Below are positions 61,098 to 64,000 of a DNA stretch of 64,000 bases, in pieces. This stretch comes from an uncultured Verrucomicrobiae bacterium. GTDB lineage: Bacteria; Verrucomicrobiota; Verrucomicrobiia; Chthoniobacterales; UBA10450. Positions within the stretch are counted from its first letter, which is position 1; each line of letters begins with the position of its first letter. The notes below the pieces were generated by a model. The model made no database searches and was not told the DNA's origin. It saw nothing but the letters and a program-made list of their open reading frames with translations. The position numbers and the translations under genes were made by a program. The DNA lies in the NCBI GenBank assembly GCA_963726745.1, contig CAVSDR010000004.1, positions 224,001-288,000 of the forward strand, in the 5' to 3' direction.

Positions 61098-61961
61098 ATG
61101 AAAAAACGTCTCCTGCTCGCCCTTGCCATCTCGCTGTCTGCCGGCTCGCTCCGCGCCGGACCAATCCCGTTCGAAGTCGATGTGCAGACTTCGCTCTCGA
61201 GCGATTCCGAGCTTGCCCGTGGCGGCCGGAAGGTCAGCGGCCTCGACGAAGATTACCTGGCCGCGCGCTTCATTTACACGCCGCGGGTTAGCTTTGGCAT
61301 TCTGCGCTTGGGCGCGGCCTATGAGCGCTTTGGGTTCCGCGCGCCGGCCATGTTCGAGGTCCCGCGCGGCCTGCAATCCCTGACTGCGGTGGTGGGGCTG
61401 GACACGCAGTTTTCCGATTCCATCCTGGTGCGCTTCGAGGCGCAGCCTGGTCTCTACAGCGGCACGCGACTAAGCGGGGGCGACTTCCATGCGCCTTTCA
61501 TCCTCGGCGGCACCTACATCTACAGCCCGGATCTCCAGTTCATCTTCGGCGTGAGCGTCGATTACGAACGCAGCTATCCGGTCTTCCCGGGGCTCGGGGT
61601 GCGTTGGCGGCTCGGGCGGCAGTGGGTCCTCAACGCGGTCCTTCCCACTCCGCGGCTCGAATACGAAATTGCCGACGGCTTCACCCTCTACGCCGGGGCC
61701 GAACTCAAAGGCTCGACCTTCCGGGTAGACGACAACTTCGGAAACGCGCGCGGGAATCGCCGCCTGAACGACGCCGTCATCACCTATAGCGAGGTGCGCA
61801 CCGGCGCCGGCTTCGAGTGGAAGCTCGCCCCGCAGGTGAAGTTCGCGCTCGAGGGCGGTTTCGTGCCGTATCGCAATTTCGATTTCCACCGCACCGACGT
61901 GCGCTACCACCAGGAAAGCGGCGGCGCTTACTTCTCGGCCTCGATCGGCGCGGCTTTCTAG
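61098..61961 (+). CDS. Outer-membrane beta-barrel protein (DUF6268-like), paralog of 56988-57911
   Basis: MKKRLLL..LRA signal, 'YPVFPGLGVRWR..QWVLNAVLP', YSE.R, C-terminal Phe. Confidence 0.75.
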   Translation: MKKRLLLALAISLSAGSLRAGPIPFEVDVQTSLSSDSELARGGRKVSGLDEDYLAARFIYTPRVSFGILRLGAAYERFGFRAPAMFEVPRGLQSLTAVVGLDTQFSDSILVRFEAQPGLYSGTRLSGGDFHAPFILGGTYIYSPDLQFIFGVSVDYERSYPVFPGLGVRWRLGRQWVLNAVLPTPRLEYEIADGFTLYAGAELKGSTFRVDDNFGNARGNRRLNDAVITYSEVRTGAGFEWKLAPQVKFALEGGFVPYRNFDFHRTDVRYHQESGGAYFSASIGAAF

Positions 61962-63373
61962 GCGAGGTGCCGATCGAGCGCGCCGATCTTGCGCGTTTCC
62001 GGCCAGCGCCAGGCCACTCCGAGCACGACCAGGATCGTGCCGATGCCGCCGCCGACCACGCTCACCACCGGGCCGAAAAAGGCCGCGGTCAATCCCGACT
62101 CGAGCGCGCCAAGTTCGTTCGAGGTGCCGATGAAAATGTTGTTTACCGCCGAGATGCGGCCGCGCATTTCATCCGGCGTGAGCAGTTGGATGATCGTATG
62201 CCGCACGACCACGCTCACGCTGTCGAAGACGCCGGTCATGAAGAGCATCGCCAGCGAAAGCCAGAGCGAGCGCGAAAGCCCAAAGAGAATCGTGGCCACG
62301 CCAAAGCCCGCGACGCACCAGAGCAGCGTCCGGCCCGCGCGCCGCATCGGCGGCAGGTAAGCGATCAGGATTGCCATGACCAATCCGCCCGCGCCCGGCG
62401 CCGCCCGCAGCCAGCCCAGACCAACTGGGCCCGCATGCAGGATCTTGTCGGCAAAAATCGGCAGCAACGCGGTCGCCCCACCGAGAAGCACGGCAAACAT
62501 ATCCAGCGTGATCGTGGCGAGGATGACCTTCTTGCTCAGGACAAAGCGCAGCCCGCTCGCGAGACTGCGCAGCGCGCCGCCTTCCACCCGTCCGCCCTGG
62601 TCGCCGCTCTGGATCGGGAGCACGAGCGCGAAAAACGTGAGCGCACAGACCGCATCGAGGAAGTAGAGGAAGTGAAAGCTGGTGCGCACGAGCAGCAAAC
62701 CGGCGAGCGCCGGCCCCGCGATCGAGCCGATCTGGAACATGCTCGAGTTCCACGTGACCGCGTTGGCAAATTGATCGCGCGGCACCAGCTTTGGAAAATA
62801 AGCCGAGCGCGCGGCCCAGCCGAACGTCCGGCCGCAAGCCGCGACGAAGAGAATCAGGTAAATCAGCGGCACCGAGAGATCGTCGAAATGATACGTCGCG
62901 TGGCGTTCAAAGACGGCGGCGACGGCCGAGAGCCCACGATTCCCCGCGGTGAGAAAACGCCATGCCGGCAGGGCGAGGTGTTGCCACGAGACCAGCATCA
63001 GGGCGAGCGAGCAAAGCGCACTCAGCGCCTGCGAGACCAGGATGATGTATTTGCGATTATAGCGGTCGGCGATGTGCCCGGCGGGCAGCGAGAGCACCAG
63101 CACCGGAAGCGCGATCGCCAGGCCCACCAGGCCAAGCGCGGTCGCGGAATGAGTGCGCTGGTAAATCTCCCACTCGACCGCAACCACCAGCATCTGCCGG
63201 CCGACCACGGAAACGAGATTGCCTAACGAGTAAAAGCTGAAGGCGCGGATGCGAAAAGCCGCATACGGATCGTGCCGCGCTTTCCCGTTTGTCGGCAGCG
63301 TGCCCTCGGCCGTGGCCGGACGGTTCACCACCGGGCGCTCATACGCCGGCTCGTCGCCTTTCCCCTCGGCCAT
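61958..63373 (-). CDS. MFS transporter (EntS/DHA3-like)
   Basis: GHIADRYNRK motif A, LDMFAVLLGGATALLP, TPDEMRGRIS, SNELG. Confidence 0.92.
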   Translation of the reverse strand: MAEGKGDEPAYERPVVNRPATAEGTLPTNGKARHDPYAAFRIRAFSFYSLGNLVSVVGRQMLVVAVEWEIYQRTHSATALGLVGLAIALPVLVLSLPAGHIADRYNRKYIILVSQALSALCSLALMLVSWQHLALPAWRFLTAGNRGLSAVAAVFERHATYHFDDLSVPLIYLILFVAACGRTFGWAARSAYFPKLVPRDQFANAVTWNSSMFQIGSIAGPALAGLLLVRTSFHFLYFLDAVCALTFFALVLPIQSGDQGGRVEGGALRSLASGLRFVLSKKVILATITLDMFAVLLGGATALLPIFADKILHAGPVGLGWLRAAPGAGGLVMAILIAYLPPMRRAGRTLLWCVAGFGVATILFGLSRSLWLSLAMLFMTGVFDSVSVVVRHTIIQLLTPDEMRGRISAVNNIFIGTSNELGALESGLTAAFFGPVVSVVGGGIGTILVVLGVAWRWPETRKIGALDRHLA

Positions 63374-63382
63374 GACGCGCGG

Positions 63383-63785
63383 TTAGCGCACGTAGATCGC
63401 GCTGCCCTCGAGCACGCGGTTTTCCCCCAGCGGCGCAGCGTAGCCCACGCTGGTCCCGTAGCCGTAGGCGCTGTGCCGCCCGTATTCCACCTGCGAACTC
63501 CCAAGGCCGATGCCGATGGTCGCGGAAGGCCGCGTGGCGACCCGCTGGATGAGCACGCCGTTCGCGCCCACCCTCGCCGCCTGCTGGCGCAGATTCCTCC
63601 ACCGTCCGCCCGTCGATCAAGGCAATGCGTTCGAATTGCCGCGGCGGTTGTTCGTAGACCCGCACCGCCGCGGGGCTAATCGCGCGGCGCGGCGTGCCGA
63701 TGACCGTGCGTCCGCCGCCCGCGCCGGTGATGCAGCCGGAAAGGAGCGAAGCGCAGAGCAGCGAGAGCAAAAACGAGCGAATCAT
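63383..63785 (-). CDS. Small lipoprotein, frameshifted near 63580-63600
   Basis: Lipobox LLSGC; C-terminal GANGVLI...AIYVR in another frame. Confidence 0.7.
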
Positions 63786-64000
63786 GGCAGACGGTAAACC
63801 TCCAGGAGCGCAACGCCACTGCCGCCATCGGCGCCGTGCACCACGGCGGTGTAAGCGCCGGGAGTTGCTTCGAGCACGACCGCCGCCTCGCGCTCGTCCG
63901 CAGGCGCGAGCGCGGTCGCGAGAATGCTGGCTATTTCTCCGTCGCGCCAGTTGTCGTTTGCCGCCACCACCGAGCCGTAGGGATCGCGCAACTCCAGCGC
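63782..64000 (-). CDS. C-terminal end of a protein with the same 'NISTR'-type C-terminal domain as 18689-22573 (runs off window)
   Basis: NDNW...EAAVVL...PGAYTAVVHG..G.SGVALLEVYRLP versus NDDW...ESALVV...PGNYTAIVRG..G..GVGLVEVYRLP. Confidence 0.8.
   Translation of the reverse strand, partial: ALELRDPYGSVVAANDNWRDGEIASILATALAPADEREAAVVLEATPGAYTAVVHGADGGSGVALLEVYRLP

Larger units (their letters stand above)
3483..63229. repeat. Dispersed 9-mer GCCTAACGA / TCGTTAGGC, 30 exact copies counted by eye
   Basis: Forward starts: 3483, 4415, 22917, 27592, 30441, 32175, 34147, 48568, 52763, 54796, 58221, 58674, 63221. Reverse-complement starts: 6164, 7993, 8447, 19680, 27497, 27942, 30305, 33150, 37651, 38189, 39261, 40185, 41733, 50642, 51369, 60460, 61068. 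Confidence 0.9.

Noticed and set aside
1..64000. tRNA, rRNA, IS elements, integrases, CRISPR arrays
   Set aside because: None recognised by eye. Intergenic spaces are short, though a small ncRNA could be missed without a covariance search.

Overview
High-GC bacterial DNA. The PEP-CTERM protein, 'NISTR'-type C-terminal domains and r-protein sequences point to Verrucomicrobiota, probably Chthoniobacterales-like (inference). Positions 1-16.6 kb (minus strand) hold the str-S10-spc-alpha ribosomal superoperon. It lacks tuf, rpsN, rpmD and infA, and has an apparently secreted coiled-coil gene inserted between rpsS and rplV. The rest contains an ABC-F ATPase, a large secreted beta-propeller protein, tgt, a giant PEP-CTERM repeat protein, an AlgI/AlgJ/SGNH O-acetylation cluster, yajC-secDF, rpsU, yqjDEK-like genes, infA, housekeeping and repair genes, and transporters. 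Many genes, including essential ones, are broken by single-base indels, most likely long-read errors. Two signals stand out. (1) A four-gene RiPP-like operon at 22.7-27.3 kb: an unannotated 55-aa peptide MNHLNLELEKLEQRIAPGRLGCGGGGS(GSK)9H, a PqqD/RRE-M50 protease-HlyD fusion, a ParB/Srx-fold protein and a FemAB/FemX-family aminoacyl transferase. (2) A non-palindromic 9-mer GCCTAACGA/TCGTTAGGC, found 30 times by eye in both orientations and several reading frames, resembling a DNA-uptake-type sequence.
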